Below are positions 24,381 through 34,531 of a stretch of DNA of 64,000 bases, piece by piece. The stretch is from an uncultured Verrucomicrobiae bacterium. Its GTDB lineage: Bacteria > Verrucomicrobiota > Verrucomicrobiia > Palsa-1439. Position 1 is the stretch's first letter. Each line of letters starts with the position of its first letter. Under the pieces are notes generated by a model. It was not told the DNA's origin. It worked only from the letters and a program-made list of their open reading frames with translations, and did not search any database. The stretch lies in NCBI GenBank assembly GCA_963812605.1, contig CAWEWF010000001.1, positions 544,001 through 608,000 of the forward strand, read 5' to 3'. Made by a program: the position numbers and the translations under genes.

Positions 24381-25538
24381 ATGAACCAGCTCAGCATTGT
24401 GGAATTATTGCGAGATGAAACCTTGCGGCGGCACGAGTTTCCCGTGTGCGATGGGAAGGTCTTCCTCGCACATGCTGGCGTCTGCCCGTTGCCACGGCGC
24501 GTGGTAGACGCGATGAAGCAGTATCTGGAAGCGTGCGCCCACGAGCACCAGGAAAACGTCTTACCGGACGAGGTGGTGGTCGAGACGCGCGCATTGGCCG
24601 CCCGGCTCCTCGAAGCCGGGGAATGGGAAATTGCGTTTGTCGGGTCCACATCGATGGGGCTGGCCATGGTCGCGGCCGGTTTGCCCTGGGAGCGCGGCGA
24701 TAACGTGGTTTGCTACCGCGACGATTATCCCGCCAATGTATATCCATGGATGGATTTGGGGCGCCGCGGCGTGGAGACGCGATTTGTCGGGGCGACGCCG
24801 TTGGGAAATGTAACGGTCGAGGACGTGGAGCGGGTGGTGGACAAGAAAACGAAGCTCGTATCCTTGGCCAGCGTGCATTTTCAGACGGGTTGGCGGTTGG
24901 ACGTGGATCGAATTGGCCGTTTTCTCCGGGAACGCGGAATTTTATTTTGCCTGGACGGGATCCAGAGCTTCGGGGCGCTGCGAACGTCAATGAAGTTTGT
25001 CGATTTCGCCGCGGCGGACGCGCACAAATGGTTGTTGGGACCGCTGGGGACGGCGATCTTCTATGTGCGTCGAGAGCACTTTGAGCGTTTCCATCCACCG
25101 CTGGTCGGGTGGAACAGCGCGTCGAGTCCAAACTTCATTGCACAAGAGTCGCTGGCGTTCAAGCGCGACGCGCGACGTTATGAGCCCGGCAGCCTGAACC
25201 TGGCGGGAATCGTGGGATTGCGCGCGGCATTGCAGTTGATCCAGGAATGTGGCATTGAGGCCATCGAGGCGCGCGTGCTTGCGTTAGCGGAGCGGGCGAT
25301 CGTGGATGGAACGAAGGCCGGATTCGCGGTTCTCGGTGCGGTGGAAGGGAAGGGTCTCTCGGGGATCGTTTCGCTCGTAGTGGAAGGGCGGGATATGGCG
25401 AAAATACACGCGAAGTTGGAAGCAGCGAAGATGACAACTTCCTTACGGCACTGCCGGAATGGGAAGCAGTGTTTACGACTTTCGCCCCATTTCTACAACA
25501 CCGAGGAAGAGATCGCCGGGTTATTTGCGCAAATTTAG
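24381..25538 (+). CDS. class V PLP aminotransferase (cysteine desulfurase-like)
   Basis: DGIQSFG, AHKWLLGP, RYEPGS, RLSPHFYN. Confidence 0.9.
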   Translation: MNQLSIVELLRDETLRRHEFPVCDGKVFLAHAGVCPLPRRVVDAMKQYLEACAHEHQENVLPDEVVVETRALAARLLEAGEWEIAFVGSTSMGLAMVAAGLPWERGDNVVCYRDDYPANVYPWMDLGRRGVETRFVGATPLGNVTVEDVERVVDKKTKLVSLASVHFQTGWRLDVDRIGRFLRERGILFCLDGIQSFGALRTSMKFVDFAAADAHKWLLGPLGTAIFYVRREHFERFHPPLVGWNSASSPNFIAQESLAFKRDARRYEPGSLNLAGIVGLRAALQLIQECGIEAIEARVLALAERAIVDGTKAGFAVLGAVEGKGLSGIVSLVVEGRDMAKIHAKLEAAKMTTSLRHCRNGKQCLRLSPHFYNTEEEIAGLFAQI

Positions 25539-25630
25539 CGCAGTAGAAATAATCCTTGTAACAATTTGCAAGTAAGATATAAGCGCATACGTCACAGTGC
25601 CAAAACGGTGAAAATCTGGACGTTTACCGG

Positions 25631-25659
25631 TTGACAGTATTGAGGGCCACTGGTATCCT
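25631..25659 (+). promoter_or_regulatory. sigma70-type promoter of the prepilin gene
   Basis: TTGACA-N17-TATCCT. Confidence 0.65.
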
Positions 25660-25764
25660 GATTGAAGTAACCAGTGGCGATACCCGTCGCGATGCGGGGC
25701 GGTTCCGAGAAGCCGGGGGGGGCACACATTCCTAACCAAATAGTACGGAGGCATTACAAACATA

Positions 25765-26391
25765 ATGAGACGGTTAACCAAAATCAAGATCAGCGGCTTC
25801 ACATTGATTGAGCTGCTGGTCGTCATCGCAATTATCGGAATCCTGGCGGCCATGCTGCTGCCGGCGCTCAACCAGGCCCGCGAAAAGGCGCGTCGCGCCA
25901 ATTGCTTGAGCAATCTCAAGCAGATCGGCTTGGGCATCGCCATGTATGCCGATAACTACAACGGTCGCGTGCCCCTGGATAATTTGAGCACCCCCAATCT
26001 GGGTAAGTCTTTCAATCTGTTGAGCAACACGATCACATCCGCGAAGATCTTCACCTGCCCGAGCGACAGTTCCCGGAAGCTGACGGCAAGCTATCCGCTG
26101 GACACTTCAATCTCGGCCAATAGCAACATCAGCTACGCCTATTGCCCCTTCATTATCTGGCAGGACCAACCGGATTCGATCCTCGCGTTGGATCGCATGG
26201 CGGACACCACGCCCACCACCTATACCAAGGGCGCCAAGTGGCTCGTCAGCGGCAGCGGCGTGGGTATGCCCGCGCCTCACAAAGATGCCGGTGGGAATGT
26301 CCTGTATAACGACGGACACGTAGCGTGGAATAACAGCCTGTCGGCCCTGGTGGGCACGAACAGCCAGGCTGCGGTTGTCTCCGCGGATTAA
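25765..26391 (+). CDS. prepilin-type N-methylation protein with H-X9-DG motif (DUF1559-like)
   Basis: [37 protein letters not shown]. Confidence 0.92.
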   Translation: MRRLTKIKISGFTLIELLVVIAIIGILAAMLLPALNQAREKARRANCLSNLKQIGLGIAMYADNYNGRVPLDNLSTPNLGKSFNLLSNTITSAKIFTCPSDSSRKLTASYPLDTSISANSNISYAYCPFIIWQDQPDSILALDRMADTTPTTYTKGAKWLVSGSGVGMPAPHKDAGGNVLYNDGHVAWNNSLSALVGTNSQAAVVSAD

Positions 26392-26407
26392 TACCAGTAT
26401 TCTCACG

Positions 26408-26445
26408 AAAGAACCCCGACGCTCCGGTGTCGGGGTTCTTTTTTT
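26408..26445 (+). terminator. rho-independent terminator
   Basis: AAAGAACCCCGAC / GTCGGGGTTCTTT stem followed by a T tract. Confidence 0.88.
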
Positions 26446-26518
26446 GCTAACAGTTGGCCGAGCATCCTGTTAACAATCAGGTTGGGCGTACAGCCTGGCG
26501 AGGAGATTTCATTCATCT

Positions 26519-28309
26519 GTGGCTGACCATCCGACAGGGCGGAACTCGACATCTGGCAGCTTGTTGCTGCTGGCCCTTTTGATCGGTCTGCCCACGCTTA
26601 GCTATCCGCTGAGTTGGCTTCCGAAGTCCTGGGCGGCACTTCCGTTACGATTGCACCCTGCCATTGCCGGAGATGGTTCTCGCAGCCGGATTGCTCGCCG
26701 CAGGCGGATGGTTTGTCCGCGGACGATCCGGAAGCGAAACTGGAGAAGGAGGCGCAGCAATTCTTCCGCCGCGCAGCGTCATTTTGCCGCTGCTGGCAGT
26801 TGTCTTGAGCGCGATTATATCCACTCGGTTCAGTGAGCATCCCCAGTTCGGATTGGCCCTTCTGCCCCGGCTGGCTGGCAATTTGGCGATCTTTTTATTG
26901 GCGGCGCATGCGCCAAAAGACCGTCTGAAGGCGTTGTGCCGCTGGTGGATGATCGTCGCCGTCATCGTGGCGGGAAATGGCCTGCTGCGTTTGGGCTCGG
27001 AACTGGAATTCATTTCCACGCTGGGAAACCGGGATTTCCTCGGAACATACCTTGCTGCATCGTTCGTCATCCTGGTTTCGTACGGTGGCCCGTGGTCGGT
27101 TTTGGGAAGCCTCCTTGTTCTCGGCGCGATGGGCTTCTGCCAATCGCGAGGGGCGTGGTTGGCGCTCGGGGCCGTCGGATTGTTGTATTTCCTGAATCTC
27201 CGAAATCAATTCTTGCGACGGGCCGCAACACGCGCCGTCATCGTCGTGGTGGTCCTGATGGGTTCTAGTTTTCTTCGCTCGCCCATACGTCCTGCGGCAG
27301 TGGCGGACGGAGGTGCGTCCCATGATCTGGAAGGCAACGCTGGAGATGATTGCCGCGCGACCGCTGCTGGGACACGGATTGGGGACGTACCTCGTGGTGT
27401 ATCCGCAGGTATCGGTTGCCGGAGTATTTTCTGCGAACGAAGGCGACCAACGTCACGGATCATGCGCACAACGAGTTGCTGGAAATCGCAGCCGAGCAGG
27501 GCCTGATCGGGCTGGCCGCCACGCTATGGCTTTGGGCAACGGCCGTCTGGTGTGGTTTCCGCGCCTGCCGGCGGGATGGAGCCGATCGGCGTTACTGGTG
27601 GGGAATTTTCGGTGCCATGCTCGTCTTGATGCTTCACAGCTTGTTGGATGTGGATTTGCGATATCTGCCGAACCAGAGCCTTCTGTGGTTATTGATGGGC
27701 CTGGTCGCGGGAGCGGGCACGACACCATCGAGCTGGAATCGGATCACGATTCACTCCCGGCTGGTCCGCTGGGGTGTCGCCGGGGTTTGCCTCGTCTGCG
27801 GAGTATGGATCCTTGTGGCAGCCATCTTTCGCCCCTTGCAGGCCGACCTGCAAGACCGCCAGGCGCGAATCGCCGAAGAACGCGGGGATTTGCACGGGGT
27901 AACGGAACACGCGTGGAAGGCCCTGCTTCTCGACCCGTTTCGTTTAAGCACGCGATACCTTCTGGCGGATGCACTCTCCGGATTGCCGGAATCACAGGCG
28001 CGTGAAATGGCCATCGAACAATGTCTGCGGATTGAAGAACTGGCGCCCGATTATGCGGATGTGACCTACAACCTCGGTCAGTTGCATTTGTTGGCCGGCC
28101 AGACAGCGAAAGCGGTCCCTTATTTGCGTCGCGCCGTGGAAATCAATCCGTATAACACGGAACGAAGGATCGTTCTGGCCTCGGCGTTGCACGGGGAGGG
28201 GCAGAACGACGAAGCCCTGCGCCAACTGGATCGTGTCCTGCAACTGCAGCCCGGGAATGCGGAAGCCGAGGATCTGCGGCGGAAGATGCAGGCGGAACCT
28301 CAGCCCTGA
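26519..28309 (+). CDS. O-antigen ligase/O-oligosaccharyltransferase family protein with TPRs (frameshifts near 26650, 27280 and 27410)
   Basis: STLGN, SRGAWL, RPLLGHGLG, HAHNELLE, C-terminal TPRs. Confidence 0.82.
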
Positions 28310-28331
28310 AATTGCGCCTGCCGTAACTCTT

Positions 28332-28360
28332 TTGACATTCACGGCAGTGCCCGCTACTCT
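28332..28360 (+). promoter_or_regulatory. sigma70-type promoter of rex
   Basis: TTGACA-N17-TACTCT, 18 bp before the ATG. Confidence 0.65.
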
Positions 28361-28378
28361 GGCGCCCGCGAAGGAACC

Positions 28379-29008
28379 ATGAGGGTCGCAATTCCCAAAA
28401 AGACGGTTTATCGGCTCAGCGTGTATTTGCGCTGCCTGGAGCGTTTTGCCGAGAACGGGGTCCAGACCGCATCGAGCCACGCGCTGGCGCTGGCGGCCGG
28501 CGTCAAGCCGACGCAGTTGCGCAAGGACCTGACGAGCTTCGGTCATTTCGGCACGCGCGGACTCGGCTATGGCGTGGTGACGTTGCGGGACAAGATTGCC
28601 GAGGTGCTCGGCCGCACCCAACTTCAACCCGTCGTGCTCGTCGGTGTCGGCCATCTTGGCCTGGCCTTGCTGGCCTACAAGGGATTCGAAAAAGAGAGTT
28701 TCGAGATTGTCGCCGGTTTCGATGTCGATGTGAAACGCAAACGGCGCAAGACGTACAGTCAGCCGATCCTGGCCCTCGACAAGCTCGAAGCCTTCGTGCG
28801 CCCGCGCAAGATCCGCATGGGTATCATCACGGTGCCGTCGTCCGCCGCGCAGGACGTGGCGAACCGTCTTGTGGCCGCGGGCGTGAACGCAATCCTCAAT
28901 TTCGCCCCGATCGTCCTGCGGGTACCGAGCAATGTCGTCGTCAGCAACGTCAATCTCGCCATCGAGTTGGAAAACCTCAGCTACTTCCGCTCGCTCGCCG
29001 AGGGCTGA
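28379..29008 (+). CDS. rex: redox-sensing transcriptional repressor Rex
   Basis: RLSVYLRCL, QLRKDL..FG.FGTRGLGY, VGVGHLG, ILNFAP. Confidence 0.96.
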   Translation: MRVAIPKKTVYRLSVYLRCLERFAENGVQTASSHALALAAGVKPTQLRKDLTSFGHFGTRGLGYGVVTLRDKIAEVLGRTQLQPVVLVGVGHLGLALLAYKGFEKESFEIVAGFDVDVKRKRRKTYSQPILALDKLEAFVRPRKIRMGIITVPSSAAQDVANRLVAAGVNAILNFAPIVLRVPSNVVVSNVNLAIELENLSYFRSLAEG

Positions 29009-30135
29009 GGCGGTGCGGCCGGCCCGAGCTTGTCCCGCAGCCACTGCATCGCAGCGAGTTCTCCATCGGTGCGCACGAGTCCAAAGTATGTAAGCACATC
29101 ATCATTACTCGAGCGTAAGGGCGTCAAAGCGTCCAATGGTGTGCTTTTGATAAGATCGTTGATGTTGCTTTTCCTGGCCTGAAGATCAGCAAGGCGTTCG
29201 GCTACTGTCTGTGTAGTTCCATCAAATTCCACTGCGGTTGAGGGATTGAGGTTGCTGAGGAGCGATACTTGGATTGCGTTTCCAACGAGTTCGTTGATCA
29301 GAAGCTTGCCAGTATCGCCTGTTGCCAGCCGGTTGCCAAGTGTCAGACCACTTGTGATGAGATTGTCCGCTGTAGCGATGTCGCCGTCTTGCCGATCTTG
29401 ATTGGCGAGTGCTATGATATCGCGACTGAGCTGACGCGAAGCCGATAGTAAAGCGGATTGAGGTATGGAGTTCGCGAAGCCCAACAGATTTGCAACCGCA
29501 GGCGTGAACCCCGCATTGACGTAGACTTCAATCACAGCTTGCTCGTTGTCTAGCCAGTACATATTCAGCGATGACTTACCGCTCGCCTCGGTCAGTTCGC
29601 CGACAGCTTGTTCGGGCTGGCCAGCCTTGAAGTATTCACATGCAGCGAGGTAGTTGGCCAGCGAATTGTCCGGTGCACTCTGTTTGAACGCTTCCAGCCA
29701 GCGCCATCGGTCGCCGGGAAAAAGATTTGCAGCCAGCACGGCAAGTTGAACATGGGAATTGTCCGAATAATTCCGGGCGGCCTCATACAGGAAATTCGTG
29801 TCATGCGTTAACGAGTACGCCGCAATGAGACTGACGGCGCCGCGGTTCTTTTTGGTAAGATAGGCGTCAATTTGCTCGCGTGTGAGCTCTAAGGTTTCAG
29901 TTGATGATCCAGTGTCTGGCTGTGTCGAATCGTTTGTGGATGCAAGAGTAATTGTGTCGGGCTTGATAACCTCACGGGCTGGAGCGTATTGAATCTTCTG
30001 CGAAACCGGCATTGGGGGCATCGCTGCGGATGAACCTGCCACATCGGGGATTGATTTAGACGGACGAAATAACCAAATGGCACCGCATGCAACAACGGTC
30101 ACCAATACGATGACGATGGTACGACTTTCTGTCAT
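28981..30135 (-). CDS. hypothetical membrane-anchored alpha-helical protein
   Basis: N-terminal TM helix, helical-repeat-like body, AT-richer; GGGAAG precedes the ATG at 30135. Confidence 0.72.
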   Translation of the reverse strand: MTESRTIVIVLVTVVACGAIWLFRPSKSIPDVAGSSAAMPPMPVSQKIQYAPAREVIKPDTITLASTNDSTQPDTGSSTETLELTREQIDAYLTKKNRGAVSLIAAYSLTHDTNFLYEAARNYSDNSHVQLAVLAANLFPGDRWRWLEAFKQSAPDNSLANYLAACEYFKAGQPEQAVGELTEASGKSSLNMYWLDNEQAVIEVYVNAGFTPAVANLLGFANSIPQSALLSASRQLSRDIIALANQDRQDGDIATADNLITSGLTLGNRLATGDTGKLLINELVGNAIQVSLLSNLNPSTAVEFDGTTQTVAERLADLQARKSNINDLIKSTPLDALTPLRSSNDDVLTYFGLVRTDGELAAMQWLRDKLGPAAPPQPSASERK

Positions 30136-30157
30136 ACTTCCCTCGACCGTAAACTTT

Positions 30158-31078
30158 TCAGCCGCGCTTGACGCGGGTGCCGTCATTGTCGGCGATGAGG
30201 ATGTGGGTCTCGCAGCGGATTTGCTGTTTGGCGAACACATTCGCCATCGCTTCGGCGACGGCTTTTTCTTTTTGCTCCGCGAGGCACATGATCGAGGCGC
30301 CCGAGCCGCTGAGCCAGCCGGCGAGTGCGCCGGCTTCCACGCCACCGGCAATGACCTCATCAAGCATGGGAATGAGTTTCTTGCGATAGGGCTGGTGGAG
30401 CTTGTCATCGAACAAACCGCGCAACAGGGAATAGTCGCCGGTCGCGAAAATCGAGGTGATCAGGGCGACCCGGTTCAGGTTCTCGACGGCGTCCCGCAGC
30501 GGCACCATTTTCGGCAACAGGGCGCGGGCTTTTTCGGTGGAAACTTCGTACTCGGGCACGCAGACGACAAATTTCAAAGCGGGCGGGACATTGAAGCGGC
30601 GGTAGCGCACCGTGCCGTTGATCAAGGCCGAGACGACGAACCCGCCGAATAGCGCGGGCGCCGCATTGTCGGGATGGTGCTCGAGTTCGGTGACCAGATC
30701 GAGCAACTCCGTGTCGCCGAGCGGGCGGTCATTGAGTTCGTTGAGGGCGAAAACAATGCCCAGGCGCACGGTCACGCTGGAGCCCAGGCCGCTGGAGACG
30801 GGCACATCCCCTTTGACCTCAATTTGCAGGCCGTGCGGCTTTCCCTTGCTGCGACGGAAAAAGGCGTCCACGGCTTCCCGCGCCATGGCGTTGGCGGAGG
30901 CCGACCCCTTCTGGTTGTCGATGCGCTCGACGGTCAGCGTGTCGGCCTCGCGGATGGAAACTTGATTGTGCAACTTCAGGGCGATGCCGAGGGTGTCGAA
31001 GCCAGGACCGAGGTTGGCGGTCGTGGCGGGCACGCGAACAGTGACTGAAGGCTTTCTCACAGAGACGCGATATTGCAT
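30158..31078 (-). CDS. thrB: homoserine kinase
   Basis: VPATTANLGPGFD, GLGSS, HPDN, LHQPYR, LSGSG. Confidence 0.95.
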   Translation of the reverse strand: MQYRVSVRKPSVTVRVPATTANLGPGFDTLGIALKLHNQVSIREADTLTVERIDNQKGSASANAMAREAVDAFFRRSKGKPHGLQIEVKGDVPVSSGLGSSVTVRLGIVFALNELNDRPLGDTELLDLVTELEHHPDNAAPALFGGFVVSALINGTVRYRRFNVPPALKFVVCVPEYEVSTEKARALLPKMVPLRDAVENLNRVALITSIFATGDYSLLRGLFDDKLHQPYRKKLIPMLDEVIAGGVEAGALAGWLSGSGASIMCLAEQKEKAVAEAMANVFAKQQIRCETHILIADNDGTRVKRG

Positions 31079-31321
31079 GGCGCAACGAGGCAAGTCAAGT
31101 GGCTGCGGTGCTGACGCGAAGTGCCTTGATGATTCAATGCCCCGGGCGGGCGGATCCGACGCATTGCTGATTCCGCGGAGGCACTCGATTCCTCTTTTTG
31201 AGATTCCTCCTTCGTATTGAACCACGAGGTTTCCTTGATTTTATGGGCAAAAATCGAGGTTGGCATACCCACTGCTATCTAGTTTGCCAGTCAGGCGTTC
31301 CGCAGAGGCAGGACTGATAAG

Positions 31322-31705
31322 ATGAGCGAGACCAACAAACAGGACATCTACCGGGTGCTAATCGTGGATGAGGATGCTGCGCTGCGTGAACTGCTCGCCG
31401 GCTTGCTACGCGCGCCGAACCGCAGCGTGGAAGTACGCGATAGCGCACGCGCCGCGTTGGAATTTTTGCGGCACAATCCCATCGATATTGCGTTTGTCGA
31501 TGCGGCGTTGACAGGCGCAACCGCGCAACATCTGGCGGACAAAATCAAGAAACTCTGCCCGCACGCCCATGTCGTCGTCTGTGCCGGACGTTTGTCCCAA
31601 CCGTGGGACAGCGCGGGCCGCACCCGCAAGGGCGAGCGCGAACTGCGGCAACCATTCAATTTTGGCGAGGCCCTTCAGCTCGCCGATTCGTGCAAGACCG
31701 AGTGA
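31322..31705 (+). CDS. receiver-domain protein (degenerate)
   Basis: VLIVDED, DIAFVD; QPF in place of KPF. Confidence 0.72.
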   Translation: MSETNKQDIYRVLIVDEDAALRELLAGLLRAPNRSVEVRDSARAALEFLRHNPIDIAFVDAALTGATAQHLADKIKKLCPHAHVVVCAGRLSQPWDSAGRTRKGERELRQPFNFGEALQLADSCKTE

Positions 31706-31845
31706 AAATGAACACGATCTCGATTAGGGCGCTGGCTCCAGGGTTGGCTGTGAAGCAGGCTGCGCTGGGTGCGCAGGAAAAACCGTTCATGGCGGACCAG
31801 CGCCTCTTTCTTTGGGACATTGCCGAAAGCCCACGAGGCTTCGGA

Positions 31846-31959
31846 CTGTCCGCTCGCGACGGGTTGAGAGTCAACTGTTCGAATCCCCCCAACGCCATCA
31901 AGGTCGGCGCCTCCTCCGACCGAAGAACAGCTTGATCTCTCAACCCGCGCGCGCGGCAG
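31846..31959 (-). ncRNA. structured RNA resembling the Acido-Lenti-1 motif
   Basis: Long stem GGGTTGAGAG.TCAA.CTGTTC / GAACAG.TTGA.CTCTCAACCC plus inner stem GGTCGG/CCGACC; the family name is recalled, not searched. Confidence 0.5.
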
Positions 31960-32232
31960 CTCTTCTGCCGCGCCGGCGAGTTAGCAGTTTGGAAAATGAA
32001 ATTTTGTAAATAGACAAATGAGCAGTCCTTCAAAAAATCGTCTCTGGGAAACCCTGACCCGTCCCATTCCTCTAAAATGGACGTGGAAGGACGGGGTGGC
32101 GCTCGCCATCCTGGCCTTGATCGTCCTGATCAAGAATGCCCTTTCCAAGTCGGGCACAAGCGGCCATCGCCTGCTTGCTTTTCCACCCGTGTACGTTATA
32201 TTCGCACTGCCATAACACGGCTATATTCTCAT

Positions 32233-32587
32233 GGGGGCGAAACGGATTCGACTTTGTGGGGTGAGCGTGAGCGGCATGCCGAGGTTGTCAGGAGGCCTCG
32301 TTAAAAACCTGGCAAAAACATAACTGCGAATCACGAACTCGCACTCGCGGCTTAATTGTCCGCGACGTTCCGCCTGCGACACCTGCTGGTGGGGTCGGAA
32401 CGACGATAGCAGGTTAGTCTATGGATGTCGTCTTCAGGTCCATGGATGAAACACTAACTGGAGGCTGGCGCGGCGGGTGGCCTGTCCATTGGCAGCACGC
32501 CGGGCGAGACCCAAAGATGGAATAAGCATGTAGTCACTTGCGTGCGCTTTGCAGAGGACGTGGGTTCAACTCCCACCGCCTCCACCA
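32233..32587 (+). ncRNA. ssrA: tmRNA, tag (A)ANHELALAA at 32326-32355
   Basis: 5' GGGGGCGAAACGGATTCGAC, tag ORF ending ALAA-stop, 3' T-arm GTGGGTTCAACTCCCAC and GCCTCCACCA. Confidence 0.97.
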
Positions 32588-34087
32588 CTTTGAACTTGGC
32601 GTGAAATCATCGACCGCGCTCGGCGCGGCAACGGTGGTTTCAGCCAAGAAATTCCAGGGTTTTCTGAAGGTAACAGTTAAGGTCTGCTCGCGTAAAAGGC
32701 GGTTCGAGCAGACCTTTTTAAGGAACCCTTTCATTTCTAACCAGTTTTGGTCAGTCAGCCATTCTTCGGCCTTGTTTGCCTCAAAAAGCCAGTTTTTGAG
32801 GGGTTCGAGCCGATGAGCATGGTTTGACTCCAAAGTGGTGATTTGACCCTCCAATTCGACCTTGCGGGGCAGGAGGGGGTTTTTGAGTTCCTTGAACTCC
32901 TCAATATCGAGTGACCCGTCGGCAAAGCCGTTGTTGATGCGGTCGATCTTGGTCTTGATCGCCGCCAACTCGGCTTTGAGTCGGTCGATCTGTATTTGCC
33001 TCCGTACCGTCTCCTCCTCTTCCCACGTTTCAACTTTGGCGAGAAACCGTTCCTTCCATTCGATGGGAAGGGCGACTAGCTGCGTGTTCCGTTTCACTTC
33101 ATCGGCGAACGTGTCTTTGCGAATGTACGAGCGGTCTTCGCAATGCACCTTCTTGTTCTTGTGGGTGCATCGGTAGTAGTCGAAGCGAAGGCCGCTCTTT
33201 TTGATATGCCGTTCGCCGGTGATACAATGGCCACAGGAACCGCAGGTAGCGAAATTCAGGAAGAGAAATCCTTTGTCGTCGCGATGCTTGCGAGGCTTCG
33301 CGACGGCAACAAGCGCTTCTTGAATCTGATCGAAGGTTTTCTTCGAAATCATGGGCTGGTGCACGCCGTGGTGCACTTCGCCCTTGTGCAGAAAAACGCC
33401 ATAGTAGAAGTGGCAGCGGAGCAGGTTGCCGACGGAAGAAAGTGGTAGTGGCTTGCCATTCTGTCGGCCTAGAATACCAAGCTTGGTTGACTCTTTCTGG
33501 ATGGCGGTGAGCGAATATTCGCCTGTGGCGAATAGCTCCAAAAGCCGCTTCACCTTGGGAAAAAGCTCTGGATGGGGTTCGATGGTGCGGAGGCGTGGTT
33601 CATTTACATAGCCAAGTGGTGCTCTGCCGGACCATACGCCGCGTCGAACCTTCTCGCGGATGCCCCTGCGGATATTTACGGAGAGATCGCGGACGTATTG
33701 GTTCGCCATGCCGAGTTCAACTGCTATCATGAGCACGTTGTCGGATGGCAGGTACGTTCTTTCAAAGGCGCGGATTTCCTGAATGACGCCTCGCTGGAGC
33801 AACCCGATGATCTTTCCCCCGTCATCGAAGTTGCGGGCGAGTCTATCGAGCTTCCATGAAAGAATGGCATTCGCCTCGCCGCGTTCGATGCGGGCTAGCA
33901 TGTCGTTGAAGATTGGTCGGCCAGGCTCCTTGGCGCTCCGACTTTCGGTAAATGTTTCGACGATCACCAAGCCGTCTTGCCGCGCGATCGAGTTCAATTC
34001 GGAAAGCTGGGCTTCGATGGAAAGAATTTGTCTGTCTTCATCCTCCGTCGATTTGCGCGCATATACGAAGTATTTCAGCATGGACAT
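32534..34087 (-). CDS. large serine recombinase (resolvase + recombinase + Zn ribbon + coiled coil)
   Basis: YARKST catalytic Ser, KLDRLARN, GRAPLGY, CGSCG...YYRC...C; the last 54 nt are antisense to tmRNA. Confidence 0.95.
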   Translation of the reverse strand: MSMLKYFVYARKSTEDEDRQILSIEAQLSELNSIARQDGLVIVETFTESRSAKEPGRPIFNDMLARIERGEANAILSWKLDRLARNFDDGGKIIGLLQRGVIQEIRAFERTYLPSDNVLMIAVELGMANQYVRDLSVNIRRGIREKVRRGVWSGRAPLGYVNEPRLRTIEPHPELFPKVKRLLELFATGEYSLTAIQKESTKLGILGRQNGKPLPLSSVGNLLRCHFYYGVFLHKGEVHHGVHQPMISKKTFDQIQEALVAVAKPRKHRDDKGFLFLNFATCGSCGHCITGERHIKKSGLRFDYYRCTHKNKKVHCEDRSYIRKDTFADEVKRNTQLVALPIEWKERFLAKVETWEEEETVRRQIQIDRLKAELAAIKTKIDRINNGFADGSLDIEEFKELKNPLLPRKVELEGQITTLESNHAHRLEPLKNWLFEANKAEEWLTDQNWLEMKGFLKKVCSNRLLREQTLTVTFRKPWNFLAETTVAAPSAVDDFTPSSKWWRRWELNPRPLQSARK

Positions 34088-34123
34088 AGTCTAGCAGATT
34101 TCATAAATGATTGCGATATAAAA

Positions 34124-34531
34124 ATGAAGCGTCAGAAACATTTTACAATACCGAAAGCACTGCTCAAGAAACTGCGGGGTAATTCCTCGTCGGAGCGCCT
34201 GCTGCATCGCCTGCATGCCGTCGCGCTCGTTGCTGGCGGGCTTTCGGCTAGTGAAGTCGGGCAAATCTACGGTGATTCCCCCCGTGCTGTGGCCTATTGG
34301 GTGACTCAATACAGGAAGAGCGGCTTTGAAGGACTACAGGAGGAGGATCGCCCTGGTCGTCCGGCGCAATTAAGCCCAACGCAGATGAAGAAGCTGCAAA
34401 CTTTTGTGGAACAATCTCGTGCGAGATCACGAACGGTGAATGCGAACATCCTCTCCAAGTATATCAAAGAAGAGTTCGGCATTTCTCTTAGCACCCCTCA
34501 GTGTTGGCGGATTCTTAATCGATTGAAATGA
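34124..34531 (+). CDS. stand-alone HTH protein resembling the IS630 transposase N-terminus (no DDE domain)
   Basis: RLHAVAL...AVAYWVTQY..GFEGL...RPGRPAQLS...EEFGISLS..CWRIL; divergent from the recombinase. Confidence 0.8.
   Translation: MKRQKHFTIPKALLKKLRGNSSSERLLHRLHAVALVAGGLSASEVGQIYGDSPRAVAYWVTQYRKSGFEGLQEEDRPGRPAQLSPTQMKKLQTFVEQSRARSRTVNANILSKYIKEEFGISLSTPQCWRILNRLK

Noticed and set aside
14060-27420. About a dozen frameshifts (ppx, mlaE, SGNH, mlaF, mlaD, both TMTC-like genes, O-ligase) as programmed frameshifting or regional pseudogenisation
   Set aside because: They are small indels without slippery motifs, the joined frames have no nonsense codons and keep their motifs, and they cluster in one stretch; uncorrected long-read errors are the simplest explanation (check by read pileup)
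32018-32215. 65-aa ORF with one hydrophobic helix before ssrA
   Set aside because: No recognisable family, and its 3' part overlaps the probable ssrA promoter (TTGCTT-N16-TATATT); it may be real but is unsupported
32550-32587. Apparent tRNA 3' half
   Set aside because: It is the tRNA-like domain of tmRNA; the 5' end and tag ORF are present
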